NCBI GenBank assembly: GCA_951406725.2
Contig: OX597842.1
Coordinates: forward strand, 14,570,001 to 14,634,000
Direction of reading: 5' to 3'
Origin: Octopus vulgaris
Lineage: Eukaryota
Length of the DNA: 64,000 nt
Part shown: one piece after another, positions 26,538 to 40,848 of the stretch
How positions within the stretch are numbered: the stretch's first letter is position 1
Layout: each line of letters begins with the position of its first letter
The notes under the pieces: generated by a model
The model's database searches: none
Seen by the model: only the letters and a program-made list of their open reading frames with translations
Told to the model about the DNA's origin: nothing
Translations under genes and position numbers: made by a program

Positions 26538-27258
26538 GTAAGTTAAATCAATCTTCATTTATAGTATATCATTGCCGATATATTTCCATGTTTGTAATTT
26601 CGCTCACTCTCGTCATTTTCCTTTCACACGGTATTATATGTTCATCATCATCGACAAGAGAAACTTCACCACCAACATCATCAGCATCAACACCATGTTC
26701 ATCATCACTATGAACATACAAATCCCTATTCACCTGTGTCTATCATTCGGTATGGATATTATGTCTGGTGTTTACGCTAAATAACATGCTTCAATACCGA
26801 TGACATTTGTACATTTAGAACGACGTCATTTATAAAACTCATTTATAAAATTCTTCTTGGACTTATTCTTGTTCCTTTCTTCTTCTTTTCTTCTCCTACT
26901 TATTCTTCACCTCTTTCGCTTCTTCTTTAACCTCTACTTCCACTTCATCTTCATTACCTCCTCCACCTCTTCCTTGCTATTCTCCTTCTTACTCCTCCTC
27001 TTTTTCTTCGTCTTCTTTTCGTCATTTTCGTTTCCTTCATTTCATCATATTAGTTATTATCTCCTACATATACTTCGTCTCCGTTTTCTTCTTCTACTTC
27101 CTCTACTTATTGTTTTAATGTTGTTGATTTGATGTTGTTTTTGTCTTACCATTCTTGTTTTTCTTTCTCTTCTTCTACATCTTATCGTCCTGCTCTTCCT
27201 CATTTTCCTTCTTCTTCTTCTTCTTCTTCTTCTTCTTCTTCTTCTTCTTCTTCTTCTT

Positions 27259-29600
27259 CTGTTCTTTCATATGTTAATTGTCCCCAAATGTGCGTAATGT
27301 CCGTCTACGTTAGACCTTTGTGGGTAATTAAAAATCGGATAAGAGTTTGGCGATGGGAAGAGTTAGAGATGAGAGTTGGGTGATGTGAACATTTGGTGTG
27401 AGGTCAGACGAAGAAGAACTGCATACAGTGTGGATTTGGCAACGAAGACATCGGTGTAATGATGCCATGTGAGCAGTCGAAATGAACCTGGCTTGCTGGG
27501 CAGCCCCCCGGATTCCGCATTTCGCAACATCATTTCCTAAATTTAAGATGTTTATTGTTACAGTTATATTGATATTAGCTGATTTAGTAACAGAATGACA
27601 GTTAATTATTGCATGTCTATATTACGTTTACCATTAAAAGTGATATTGTTAGACTAATTAAACTGCAGATAATTACGAGATCCGCTTAAATTGCCTGACT
27701 CTGAAATTACGTAAATGAAACATGTAAAGTAGTCCGGTATTATGAAACTTATTTTTATTAAAGACGTCATCAGGAAAAATTTAGGTTGATATCATAAACC
27801 CGATAATTTTTAGATATAAAAACACGTTAGTTATAATTCTACAAAATACTTTAAGCTTAAGATTTAGCTGATCTGTCTGTTACAGTTCAACTGAAAAGTA
27901 CCCTAGATTGTACAGAGTGTTTTCGACTCTTCCTGAGTATTATTTCAGATTAAAGGATTTGTATTATATTGCATTAATCGTTCTGACTTCAAATTCCGCC
28001 GAAGTCGACTTTGCCTTTCATCCTTTCGGGATCGATAAATTAAGTAACAGTTGCGTACTAGGGTCGATCTTATTGACTCTCCTTCCTCCAAAATTTCGGG
28101 TCTTGTGCCTACAGTAAAAAAAACTTATATGGAATTAAATATTTCAAGTTTCCAGATTAAATAAAATATTAAAATACTATATTCGATTAATTCAAGCGAA
28201 TTCACTTGCTTCTCTACACATTTGGGATTGTCTGAATTAAATAGAACTCCATATATCTGCAGATGGTGAATATACGATATATATTATTTAGAAATTTTAA
28301 ATTTTCGTAGTTTAATTCATAATTTAATCAAAAATTGGCCGATTATGCAAGCCGTGGAGTTGAATGACACCTTGTGGTTTTTAATCTTGCATTCGGTATT
28401 CTGACTTAAAATCTAGCAGAGGACGTCCTTAACTTACGTCTTTCTGCGTACCTAAAGAGACCAGTGGTCTAGACAAAGTGTAGGGACGTGGGGCTGGGTC
28501 TCGAATGGAACTTTTCTAGCTCTTTGTATTTTAAGTTGAAATCACACTTGATTTTACTATCTGCGTTTTGAAGAGGTAGTAGAGCTCATTAATTTCGCTG
28601 GTTGTGTGATATGGGTGAGAGTGATGATGGTAATGCTCCGTTTAAATTATTACAGATAAATTTGCGCCGGAATGAAGACAAGAACATGGAGGACATTCCA
28701 GAAGCCGATGTTCTGATGATGAAGAACTAAACATAGCGGTTAATATTACTGAAGGAATGTTAATAAAAAGAGTGGTCTTACTTTAGTTACTTGAGCATCA
28801 AAAAGTGGGAGTTGTTGAGGGATGAAATATTTTCAGGTTCTAAAATGAAAAAAAAAATGTCTCTTAAATTCAGTCCTAGATATACATCACCTATAGTGAT
28901 GTTCTTCTTCAAAAGTGACTTCGTTGATGATCAAAAGAGATGAGAATCCATCATGGTTGCCAGAATCCTTAGATTTTTAGATGTTTTAGCGTGAAAAGAT
29001 GTTGGACATTATTCAAGAGACAACTTTGAATTTCTTGTCAGGCATTTTATGATATTCTATCATTTCCTGCAATCTGTTCCCATCTCCGTGACTTTAGCCT
29101 CAGCCAATAGATTAAATCTGAGCTGAGATGTTTTGACTGTTAAAACTGCCATAGCACTGGATATGATTTGAGCGTGGATCCAGTGACTTCTTGATGAGAG
29201 GGAAAAACTGTTTTGGGCTGCATTTGAGCTGTTGGTATCAGTTTCTACTTGTAGTACCTCAGTATGTGTGAAAGATGTGATACAGTGATGTGCATGTCAC
29301 TGCACGATCATAATGTGATTGGTTCAGTTCTTTAACTAAGCTCGGTGTTTGGGACGTTGATCAGGATTGATCCAGTCTACATAGTTGTCAAGTGTTGGAT
29401 GCGACAGCTGGGTTAGGGTTAGGGTTCGAGATATAAAAGTCTATCTATGTCTGCTCGGAAATACATAGGCACCTGAAGCAATTAGTAAAAGCTTTAGATA
29501 TGTTGCCAAGACATACTCGCTCGACTAGCGATTTAAGAATGGCTATGAATGTGTGTGTGAATGTGTAAATCTTGAGTGAGTATCTTCTATTCGGTAGGTT
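27259..29600. repeat. Intronic block X, copy 4 (3' truncated; the unit lost its exon)
   Basis: Joins directly to post-exon intron sequence at 29600. Confidence 0.92.
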
Positions 29601-30239
29601 GTAATTTCGCTCATTCTCTTCACCACCAACATCATCAGCACCAACACCATGTTCATCATCACTATAAACATGCAAATCCCTATTCACCTGTGTCTATCAT
29701 TCGGTATGGATATTATGTCTGGTGTTTACGCTAAATAACATGCTTCAATACCGATGGCATTTGTACATTTAGAACTACGTCATTTATAAAACTCATTTAT
29801 AAAATTCTTCTTGGACTTATTCTTCTTCCTTTCTTCTTCTTTTCTTCTCCTACTTATTTTTCACCTCTTTCTCTTCTTCTTTAACTTCTACATCCACTCC
29901 ATCTTCATTACCTCCTCCTGCACTTCCTTGCTCTTCTTCTTCTTATTCCTCCTCTTTTTCTTCTTCTTCTTCTTCTTTTCGTCATTTTCGTTTCCTTCAT
30001 TTTATCATATTAGTTATAATCTCCTTCTACATATTCTTCGTCTCCGTTTACTTCTTCTACTACCTCTACTTATTGTTTTAATGTTGTTGATTTTATGTTG
30101 TTTTTGTCCTACCATTCTTGTTTTTCTTTCTCTTCTTCTACATCTTATCGTCCTGCTCTTCCTCATTTTTCCTCTTCTTCTTCTTCTTCTTCTTCTTCTT
30201 CTACTTCTTCTTCTACTTCTTCTTCTTCTACTTCCTCTT

Positions 30240-33200
30240 CTGTTCTTTCATATGTTTATTGTCCCTCTATGTTAGACCCTTGTGGGTAATTAAAAATCGG
30301 ATAAGAGTTGGGCGATGTGAAGAGTTAGAGATGAGATTTGGGTGATGTGAACAGTTAGTGTGAGGTCAGACGAAGAAGAACTGCATACAGTCTGGATTTG
30401 TGAACGAAGACATCGGTGTAATGATGCCATGTGAGGAGTCGAAATGAACCTGACAACGAAGAACCACATTACGCAAATAATCCGGCCGGGTATGCCTACT
30501 TCCTCCACTTTAATCAAATTTGCTTGCTGGGCTGCGCCCCGGATGCCGCATTTCGCAACATCATTTCCTAAATTTAAGATGTTTATTGTTACAGTTATAT
30601 TGATATTAGCTGATTTAGTAACAGAATGACAGTTAATTATTGCATGTCTATATTACGTTTACCATTAAAAGTGATATTGTTAGACTAATTAAACTGCAGA
30701 TAATTACGAGATCCGCTTAAATTGCTTGACTCTGAAATTACGTAAATGAAACATGTAAAATAGTCCGGTATTATGAAACGTATTTTTATTAAAGACGTCA
30801 TTGGTAAAATTTAGGTTGATATCATAAACCCGATACCTTTTTAGATATAAAAACACATTAGTTATAATTCTACAAATTTCTTTAAGCTTAAGATTTAGCT
30901 GATCTCTCTGTTACAGTTCAACTGAAAAATTACCCTAGATTGTACAGAGTGTGTTCGACTCTTCCTGAGTATTATTTAAGATTAAAGGATTTGTATTATA
31001 TTGCATTAATCGTTCTGACTTCAAATTCCGCCGAAGTCGACTTTGCCTTTCATACTTTCGGGATCGATAAATTAAGTAACAGTTGCGTACTAGTGTCGAT
31101 CTTATTGACTCTCCTTCCTCCAAAATTTCGGGTCTTGTGTCTTCAGTAGAAAAAGTTATATGGAATTAAATATTTCAAGTTTCCAGTTTAAATAAAATAT
31201 TAAAATACTATATTCGATTAATTCAAGCGAATTCACTTGCTTCTCTACACATTTGGGATCGTCTGAATTAAATAGAACTCCGTATATCTGCAGATGGTGA
31301 ATATACGATATATATTATTTAGAAATTTTAAATTTTCGTAGTTTAATTCATAATTTAATCAAAAATTGGCCGATTATGCAAGCCGTGGAGTTGAATGACA
31401 CCTTGTGGTTTTTAATCTTGCATTCGGTATTCTGACTTAAAATCTAGCCGAGGACGTCCTTAACTTACGGCTTTCTGCGTACCTAAAGAGACCAGTGGAC
31501 TAGACAAAGTGTAGGGACGTGGGGCTGGGTCTCGAATAGAAAGTTTCTAGCTCTTTGTATTTTAAGTTGAAATCACACTTGATTTTACTATCTGCGTTTT
31601 GAAGAAGTAGTAGAGCTCATTAATTTCGCTGGTTGTGTGATATGGGTGAGAGTGATGATGGTAATGCTCCGTTTAAATTATTACAGATAAATTTGCGCCG
31701 GAATGAAGACAAGAACATGGAGGACATTCAGAAGCCGATGTTCTGATGATGAAGAACTAAACATAGCGGTTAATATTACTGAAGGAATGTTAATAAAAAG
31801 AGTGGTCTTACTTTAGTTACTTGAGCATCAAAACGTGGGGGTTGTTGAGGGATGAAATATTTTCAGGTTCTAAAATGAAAAAAAATATGTCTTTTAAATT
31901 CAGTCCTAGATATACACGGGATCTACTTTCTTCTAGAGCGATGTTCTTCTTCAAAAGTGACTTCCTTGATGATCAAAAGAAAAAAGAAGACAATTCTTTA
32001 TGGCTGCCAGAATCCTTAGATTTTTAGATGTTTTAGCGTGAAAAGATGTTGGACATTATTCAAGAGACAACTTTGAATTTCTTGTCAGGCATTTTATGAT
32101 ATTCTATAATTTCCTGCAATCTGTTCCCATCTCTGTGACTTTAGCCTCAGCCAATAGATTAAATCCGAGCTGAGATGTTTTGACTGTTAAAACTGCCATA
32201 GCACTGGATATGATTTGAGCGTGGATCCAGTGAGTTCCTGATGAGAGGGAAAAACTGTTTTGGGCTGCATTTGAGCTGTTGGTATCGGTTTCTACTTGTA
32301 GTACCTCAGTATGTGTGAAAGATGTGATTCAGTGATGAGCATGTCACTGCACGATCATAATATGATTGGTTCAGTTCTTTAACTAAGCTCGGTGTTTGGG
32401 ACGTTGATCAGGATTGATCCAGTCTACATAGGTGTCAAGTGTTGGATGCGACAGCTGGGTTAGGGTTAGGGTTCGAGATATAAAAGTCTATCTTTGTCTG
32501 CTCGGAAATACATAGGCACCTGAAGCAATTAGTAAAAGCTTTAGATATGTTGCCAAGACATACTCGCTCGACGCGCGAATAAAAGATGGCTATGAATGTG
32601 TGTGTGAATGTGTAAATCTTGAGTGAGAATCTACTATTCGGTAGGTTACCAGGCGGTGGACAATGGAACAGCCTGTAAATATAGGGATTAAGTGAAATAA
32701 GGAAATACTTCGTTGGCGCAAACACAGCTGCCCTTTGGCTCAGTGTATCACCCACCTTCCACTCCAATCGGTAGCATCAGTTATATATAATTACAATTGT
32801 AATTAGTGACGACATATAAGGATATGGCTTTAATTATAGATATATAATAGCATGAAAGTGTAATAAAACTAGGTTTAACGAAATGGACCAGCAAAGACAA
32901 AACAACTCATGAATTCACTAATGAAAAGTGATAACAACACAATTATCAAATCTTCCCACGAGATGATGATTAGCAGACCTAACATCAGTTCTCAATCAAA
33001 ATAAATCTAGTAATGAAAGGGTTGTGGGTGTAGAACACCTTGTTATGTGGAGTATAGTTGCAAAGGTGAAGATATATAAGGTACAGAGTACAATAAGCCA
33101 TATTCTGTAAGATAAAATCTATGAAGTCTTAGCTTGCCAGCCGACATCCTAAATATCAAGTGTGAGATCTTCACCACTTGTCTGCAACCAAGGGCAAAAT

Positions 33201-34796
33201 AAGAACATTGTATACTTCAAGCACTACGTTAGTCATTGTAAAAGTTTACTTGTTAGAAAAGCAATTACTTTAAAGATCCTTTCGTGGTCGATAAATTAAG
33301 TAACAGAATCGATTCTCCTTCCTCCAAAGTTTCGGGTCTTGTGTCTACAGTAGAAAATGTTATATGGCAATAAATATTTCAAGTTTTCAGTTTAAATAAA
33401 ATATTCCAATACTATATTCGATCGATTCAAGCGAATTCACTTGCTTCTTTACACATTTGGGATTGTCTGAACTAAATAGAGATCCGTATTTCTGCATATG
33501 GTGAATATACGATATATATTATTTGTTATTTTAAATTTTCATAATTTAATTCATAATTTATTCAAAAATTGGCCGAACCAGCAAGCCATCTGACTTAAAA
33601 TCTAGCCGAGGACGTCCTTAACTTACGGCTTTTTGCGTACCTAAAGAGGCCAGTGGACTAGACAAAGTGTAGGGATGTGGGGCTGGGTCTCGTATGGAAA
33701 TTTTCTAGCTCTTTTTACTTTTATACTTTCTGCGTTTTGAAGAAGGAGTAGAGATCATTAATTTCGCTGGTTGTGTGATATGGGTGAGAGTGATGACGGT
33801 AATGCTCCGTTTAAATTGTTACTGATAAATTCCTGGAATGAAGACAAGAACATGGAGGACATTCCAGAAGCCGATGTTCTGAGGGTGAAGAACTAAACAT
33901 AGCGGTTAATATTACTGAAGGAATGTTAATACAAAGAGTGGTCTTAGTTTGGTTACTTGAGCATCAAAAAGTGGGTGTTGTTGACGGGTGAAATATTTTC
34001 ATGTTCTAAAATGAAAAAAAATGTCTTTTAAATTCCGACCTAGATATACACGGGATCTACTTTCTGCTATAGTGATGTTCTTCTTCAAAAGTGACTTCCT
34101 TCATGATCAAAAGAAAACAGAAGAGAATTCTTCATGTCTGCCAGAATCCTTGGATTTGTAGATGTTTTTGTGTGAAAAGAAGTTGGACTTTATTCAAGAG
34201 ACAAACTTTGAATTTCTTGTCAGGCATTTTATGATATTCTAACATTTAATGCAATCTGTTCCCATCTCTGTGACTTTAGCCTCAGCCAATAGATTAAATC
34301 TGAGCTAAGATGTTTTGACTGTGAAAACTGCCATAGCACTGGAAATGGTTTGAGCGTGGATCCAGTGACTTGTTGATGAGAGGGGAAATTGTTTTGGGCT
34401 GCATTTCAGCTGTTGGTATCAGTTTCTACTTGTAGTACCTCAGTGTGTGTGAAAGATGTGATACAGTGATGAGCATGTCGCTGCACGATCATAATGTGAT
34501 TGGTTCAGTTCCTGAACTAAGCTCACTGTTTGGGACGTTGATCAGTAGGGTTAGGATTGGAGATATAAAAGTGTATCTATGTCTGCTCGGAAATACATTG
34601 GCACCTGAAGCAATTAGTAAAAGCATTAGATATGTTGCCAAGACATACTCGCTCGACTCGCGAATAAAGGATGGCTATGAATGTGTGTGTGAATGTGTAA
34701 ATCTTGAGTGAGAATCTACTATTCGGTAGGTTACGAGGCAGTTGACAATGGAACAGCCTTTAAATATAGGGATTACGTCAAATAAGGAAATACTCT
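30240..34796. repeat. Intronic block X copy 5 (30240..32764), duplicate of 16035..16546, and partial X copy 6 (33276..34796); no LRR exon
   Basis: Direct alignment by eye. Confidence 0.9.
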
Positions 34797-34862
34797 TCAC
34801 CTCCGTCTCTTTCATCTTCGACCTCTTCATTATGCTCTTCTTCTTCTTCTTCTTCTTCTTCT

Positions 34863-34909
<47 letters not shown>

Positions 34910-34919
34910 TTCATATTCT

Positions 34920-34969
<50 letters not shown>

Positions 34970-35752
34970 TTCTTCATCATCTTCTTCTTCTTCTTCTTCT
35001 TCTACTCCTATATATAAAAAATCCTCTTCCATGATCACTTCATAACAATTACTCTTTCCCTATCTTCTGCTGAATTATTTGTTCCTCTCAAATCTCTACT
35101 ATTTCAATCACCACCATTGCCACCGTAACAGTTATCGACGTCTTCCTCGCTGTCCGCATCACCGTCATTATTCTCGTACTCACTGTGAACATTCTCCCAG
35201 TCATAAACACCTTATATTTCATCATCTCCCTCAACATCATCGACATCATTTATTAACAGAAGCACCATGATAGAGATACTCGATCTTGAACACCATACAG
35301 ACACATTGCCACTACGTCATCATCATCAATATCATATTCAAATTCACTATTGAAATGCTAATCCGCAATCTCATTAACAACATCAATCAATATTAACATC
35401 AATCTCATCATCATCATCATCATCATCATCATCAGCATCATCATCCCTTCGTTATGGATAATAACAACATATATTTTCACCATTGACTTATATCCTATTC
35501 ATCACTATCAATATCACAACTACTACCATCTCTATCACCACAGTTTTCTTTCATCCTTTCCCACTCATCCTACTCCTATCTCCTCTCTCTTTCGTCGTCA
35601 TCATCATCAACATTATTGTCTCTAAAAACATCGTCATCAAACGTTTCATCAATTTGATATACTGTACATCTATTCCTTCATCTAATTGTTTACCCAAATC
35701 TCTGTCATTAATATACTAAAAAATTACTTCTTAACTCAATTTTCTGTTTCAG

Positions 35753-35824
35753 AAACTTTGGTGATAATGCCATCACGGAAATCAAACCTAACGTCTTCCG
35801 AAATTTGTCAAGTTTAGAAGCTCT
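35753..35824 (+). CDS. LRR exon B1: NFGDNAITEIKPNVFRNLSSLEA(L)
   Basis: 72 nt, ttaactcaattttctgtttcag| ... ct|gtaagt, phase 2-2. Confidence 0.92.
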
Positions 35825-36190
35825 GTAAGTTGAATTAGTTTTCTCCTTTAGTATTCCATTGACGATATATCTCTCAATGTGTAATATGTACCCATCGTTC
35901 ATTTAAGATCTCTCACACAAACTTACATACAGGTATATTCTTTTTTGTGAATTTGAGAGTGTGAGTATGGGTCGATTTCTGAAATTTTGGATATGTGCGG
36001 TCACGATGCATGCCGGAACCCATTTATTGCATGCATGTGTATAGCTCTGAGTTTGTTAACTATTTTTCCTTTTCTCTATCTGAACTGTTTTCTTGTTTGC
36101 GAAATACTGCGAATGTTGTAGAGGTCCATTCTTGAGATTTCAGTGTGTGACAATTCAAGGGAAACATGTAGTGCAAGTGTTATGTCAGTG

Positions 36191-36296
<106 letters not shown>

Positions 36297-36349
36297 GTGC
36301 CTGTGTGTGTTAGTGTATGTGTATATATATATATATATATATGTATATA

Positions 36350-36405
<56 letters not shown>

Positions 36406-36721
36406 TTTATATATATATATCTACATAATGGTGTTGGCCATTTGTGGTTGTGTGTCTACGTGTCTGTTTATCTATGGATATGTGTATGCAAGTGTATGAA
36501 AATTTACTAGTAATTCGGTCTCTATATCAAGGACGGTATTTATATTTCAATCATTATCATCATCATCATCATCATCATCATCTCTTCTTTATGGATAGTA
36601 ACAACCTTATATTTTCACCTCTACCTCATATAATATTCATCACTATAAATATCACAACTACCACCATCCCTATCACCATAGTTTTCTTTTCCCCCTTCCC
36701 ACTCATCGTCCTCCTATCGTC

Positions 36722-36789
36722 CTGGGTTCTAATGACATCAAGGAAATCAAAGCTGACACCTTCCGAAATTTGTCCAGGTTAAAATATCC
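36722..36789 (+). pseudogene. Dead LRR exon: LGSNDIKEIKADTFRNLSRLKY
   Basis: LRR frame intact, but the acceptor/polypyrimidine region is deleted and the donor is changed from ct|gtaagt to cc|ctaaat; downstream intron is homologous to that of B1/C. Confidence 0.85.
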
Positions 36790-38046
36790 CTAAATTGAAT
36801 CAGTTTTCTTCTTCAGTATTTCATTGACGATGTCTTTCTAAATCTGTTTTATGTGCACATATTGTATTTAGGCTCCGTCACCCGTCCTTCAAAAGAAGAT
36901 ATTTATTGATCGTGAATTTGAGAGTGTGCGTGTGGGTTCATTTCTGAAATATGGGATATATACAAAGCGCAAATTTACTCTGACCACACTACGGATATTA
37001 CATGTATATTTGTATGTGTGTGTGTGTGTGTGTGTGTGAGCAGTGGTGCGTCTGGTTGTGTGCTTGTGTGTTTGTTTGTGTATAGATGCGGGTATTCGAG
37101 TACATCAAAATATATGTGTAATTAGATCTGGGTATCATCTACATTATTGAAATCTCTATCGTCATAGAATATTAATACTTGTTTCAGTTTTTCTTGTCTT
37201 TACCTTTATTTTCTTCTCCTTCATCTTCTTTTTCGTCTTCTTCCCCTCCTACTCCTATACTTGAGCCTCCTCCTCCTTCTACTATTCTTCTTCTTGTTCT
37301 TCGTTTCGTGTGTGTAAAAATTCTCTTTCTTGAGTTCTTCATAAGAGTTTCTCAATCTCAATCATCCGCTGAGTTCTCTTTTCCTCAAAAATCTCTACAA
37401 TTTAATTCGCCTCAATTAGTGCCGTGATAATTATTGACGTCTCCCTCTCCATCCTCATCACCGTCATTATTCTCATCTTCGTTGTTACCTTTCTCAAACA
37501 TAAACATCGTCAACTTTATCGTCGCCCTCGTCATCATCGTTATCATTGATTACCAAAAAGCACCACGGTAGGAATACTCAACCTCCTGGTCATCCTGATC
37601 ATAGATAACAGACACATTACCATCATCGTCATCATCCTCAATATCAGATCCATATTCACCATTTAAATGCTAATCCCCTATCATTATCATAACAATCAGC
37701 ATTAACAACATCACTCTGATCATCATCACCTCAATATCTTCATCAACTTTACCGCCATAGATTTTTACATTCTGGTTCATTCTCATATTAATGACTGTCA
37801 AGACCAGATATTCTACAACTAAATCTATCAGCACAGGTTTCCGACCTCCTCCTCCTCCTCTCTTCCTTCTTCTCCCTCCTTCGACTTATTGTCATCATCA
37901 TCAACATCATTGTCGACAACGTCCTCTGCAACAATCTAATCGTCATCGTGATTAGATGTTCATCCTTTCCTTCCTGTAACTGTTTACCCAAAATTATGTC
38001 ATAAATGTCTCACAAAATTGCTTCTTAACTCAATTTTACTTTCCAG

Positions 38047-38118
38047 AATCTTGTATAATAATGATATCCAAGTAATAAAACCTGGCACCTTCCAATATTT
38101 ATCCAGTTTAAGATTACT
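38047..38118 (+). CDS. LRR exon C1: ILYNNDIQVIKPGTFQYLSSLRL(L)
   Basis: 72 nt, ttccag| ... ct|gtaagt, phase 2-2. Confidence 0.92.
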
Positions 38119-38836
38119 GTAAGTTGAATCAGTTTTCTTCTTTAGTATTTCATTGTCTAAATCTCGCTCAATCTGTAATGTGAACCCATCTTTCGTTTAA
38201 GCTTCCTCAAGCATCCTTCCAAACCAGAGTTTATTGTTTATGAATTGGAGTGAGTGTGGATCTATTTCTTAAATATTGGATATGCGAGTTCACGATACAA
38301 GATGGAACCCATTTATTGCATGCATGAGCATATGTCTTAGTATTTTTACAATTATACTCCATCCGAACTGTTTGTTGTTTGTGAATCACTGATAATGTTG
38401 TGGGGGGCCATTCTTGGTATTTCGGATATATCAGTGTGTGACAATTGAACGGAGACTTTTAGTGCAAGTTGTATCTGTGCATTTCTGTTATATCTTCTGT
38501 AATGGACTGGAATATCTATGTTTCGAATTTCATCAAAATTGCAGATGAGGGTTGTATTAATGACTGTCAAGACCATATTAATGACTGTCAAGACCACATA
38601 TTCTACAGCTAAATCTATCAGCACAGGTTTCCGACCTCCTCCTCCTCCTCTCTTCCTTCTTCTCTCTCCTTCGACTTATTTTCATCATCATCAACATCAT
38701 TGTCGACAACTTCATCTGCAACAATCAAATCGTCATCCTGATTTGATGTTCATCCATTCCTTCATGTAACTGTTTACCCAAAATTATGTCATAAATGTCT
38801 CATAAAATTGCTTCTTAACTCAATTTTATGTTCCAG

Positions 38837-38908
38837 AGACTTATCTTGGAATGGCATCACAGAAATCAAAGATGACACCTTCCAATATTTGTCCAGTTTA
38901 ACAGAACT
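38837..38908 (+). CDS. LRR exon C2: DLSWNGITEIKDDTFQYLSSLTE(L)
   Basis: 72 nt, ttccag| ... ct|gtaagt, phase 2-2. Confidence 0.93.
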
Positions 38909-40553
38909 GTAAGTTGAATCAGTTTTCTTCTTTAGTATTTCATTGTCTAAATCTCGCTCTATCTGTAATGTGAACCCATCTTTCATTTAAGCTTCCTCAA
39001 GCATCCTTTCAAACCAGAGTATATTGTTTATGAATTTAAGTGAGTGTGGACCTATTTCTTAAATATTGGATATGCGAGTTCACGATACGAGATGGAACTC
39101 ATTTATTGCATGCATGAGCATATGTCTTAGTATTTTTACAATTATACTCCATCCGAACTTTTTGTTGTTTGTGAATCACTGATAATGTTGTGGAGGGCCA
39201 TTCTTTAGATTTTGGATATATCAGTGTGTGACAATTGAAGGGAGACATTTAGTGCAAGTTGTATCTGTGTATCTCTGTTATATCTTCTGTAATGGACTGG
39301 AATATCTATGTTTCGAATTCAATCAAAATTGCAGATGAGGGTTATTTCCCTCTTTTCACACCCCACAAAAATTGTAATTGTGCCACATGTATCCCATACT
39401 ACTTCTTTGTATGCGCATATTCCAAAATTCCAGTCTTATTGAACTTGATAAAATGATTTTGCTCCTGAAAAATGAAGGTCATGCAGCTCTAAAATGTGTT
39501 AGTTGGGGGGGGGGGGGGCATCCTAATGTCAACCAGAGAAGTTGAATTGTTGAGAATCTTTTTAACTTGGGTCTTATATCTATTGTTTGAATTTCTTTGA
39601 AATAGGAAATATATATTCACTGGGTTTGTAAAAGAGAGCAAAGCTACAGGAAACCAAAAGACGAATGATCACAATAAGCAATCATTTACCCAACCCTATC
39701 GTTAGTACTCCCAATGTAGGCTTCCTCACCATTCCAGATGTGAGGCACTACCGTATGATGCATTACGAATCTATAGCAGTTGGAAGGGCGTGACCCAACT
39801 GAAATAAACATTAACAACTGTGTGAGGTGAGGGCTGAGGAGAAATGAAAGTTTCACCTCTGGAGTTTGAAAATGACCACTATACTGATACGTAACTGGAC
39901 AGAATAAATTTACAATCTATAAATGTGTTTTAATAAGCAGTCACACGTCTGGGAAGGTCTTGAAATCAATGTTACCATCTAGGGACTATGTGTGACCCAG
40001 TGATAATAAAAAGACTGAAAGGAGGTCTGCAATCAAATAACTTTACTCGACACTTTGCAACTGAATCAGTGGATGCAAAGATGCCTCTCATTTACTTGAC
40101 AATTTATGCACTACATTGCAAATATCACAACGTAAGTGTATGACAAAGCAAACTGTTACACTGTTGTACCATTGAATTACAAATAATGCTCATCTTGTAT
40201 GCTCGGGTAACCTTACAGCTTCGAAGAGCACAACTCTATTCGTTTTGGCTTAGATAAAATGACAAAATTATGGTGGTAAGTCCTCACGGCGGGGTCTTTG
40301 TAACTTGTAAGAGAATGAAATTATATAAATATTACTTCATTTTTGTCTAATATGTATGGTTAAAATTTCATCAACAGCAAAACTATGTGAATTGTCATGG
40401 AGGTTATGGCCCTATTGCATAGGATATAATTTACAGATTTCATAAAGATCAATTCAGTACCATTGACGTAGTTTGGGATGATTAAAGAAATGACTAAATG
40501 TTTGGAGTTAAGGCCCCCATATGTTATCTTATATATACATACATTCATACATA

Positions 40554-40599
<46 letters not shown>

Positions 40600-40602
40600 C
40601 AT

Positions 40603-40637
<35 letters not shown>

Positions 40638-40650
40638 CTTAGATATAGAA

Positions 40651-40702
<52 letters not shown>

Positions 40703-40848
40703 AGGTGAATGAATTATCCTAGTATTGATATTTCGATTAATCGATACCTGGGTAGCCAATTCACGTCAGAAAACACGGTTGTAGCTACACCATGTAGGAA
40801 GCCATAAAAAAGTTTTTGTCCGTCTTGAGGCTGATAGAGGTTCGTTGT

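Larger units (their letters stand above)
37786..39343. repeat. Tandem duplication of a ~790-bp exon-containing unit (C1/C2)
   Basis: Exon spacing 790 bp; flanks ~96% identical in the stretch I counted; 21-bp junction duplication tattaatgactgtcaagacca at 38555-38596. Confidence 0.95.

Noticed and set aside
32237-32260. ctgatga match (also at ~28713 and ~61131) as a further hammerhead
   Set aside because: No stem II followed by GAAA and no stem I pairing.
13317-34711. Recurrent short ORFs in block X (e.g. MKSRNELGNEEPHYANNPAG, MIVQRHANHC)
   Set aside because: They recur only because the block is duplicated; frames are not conserved between copies.
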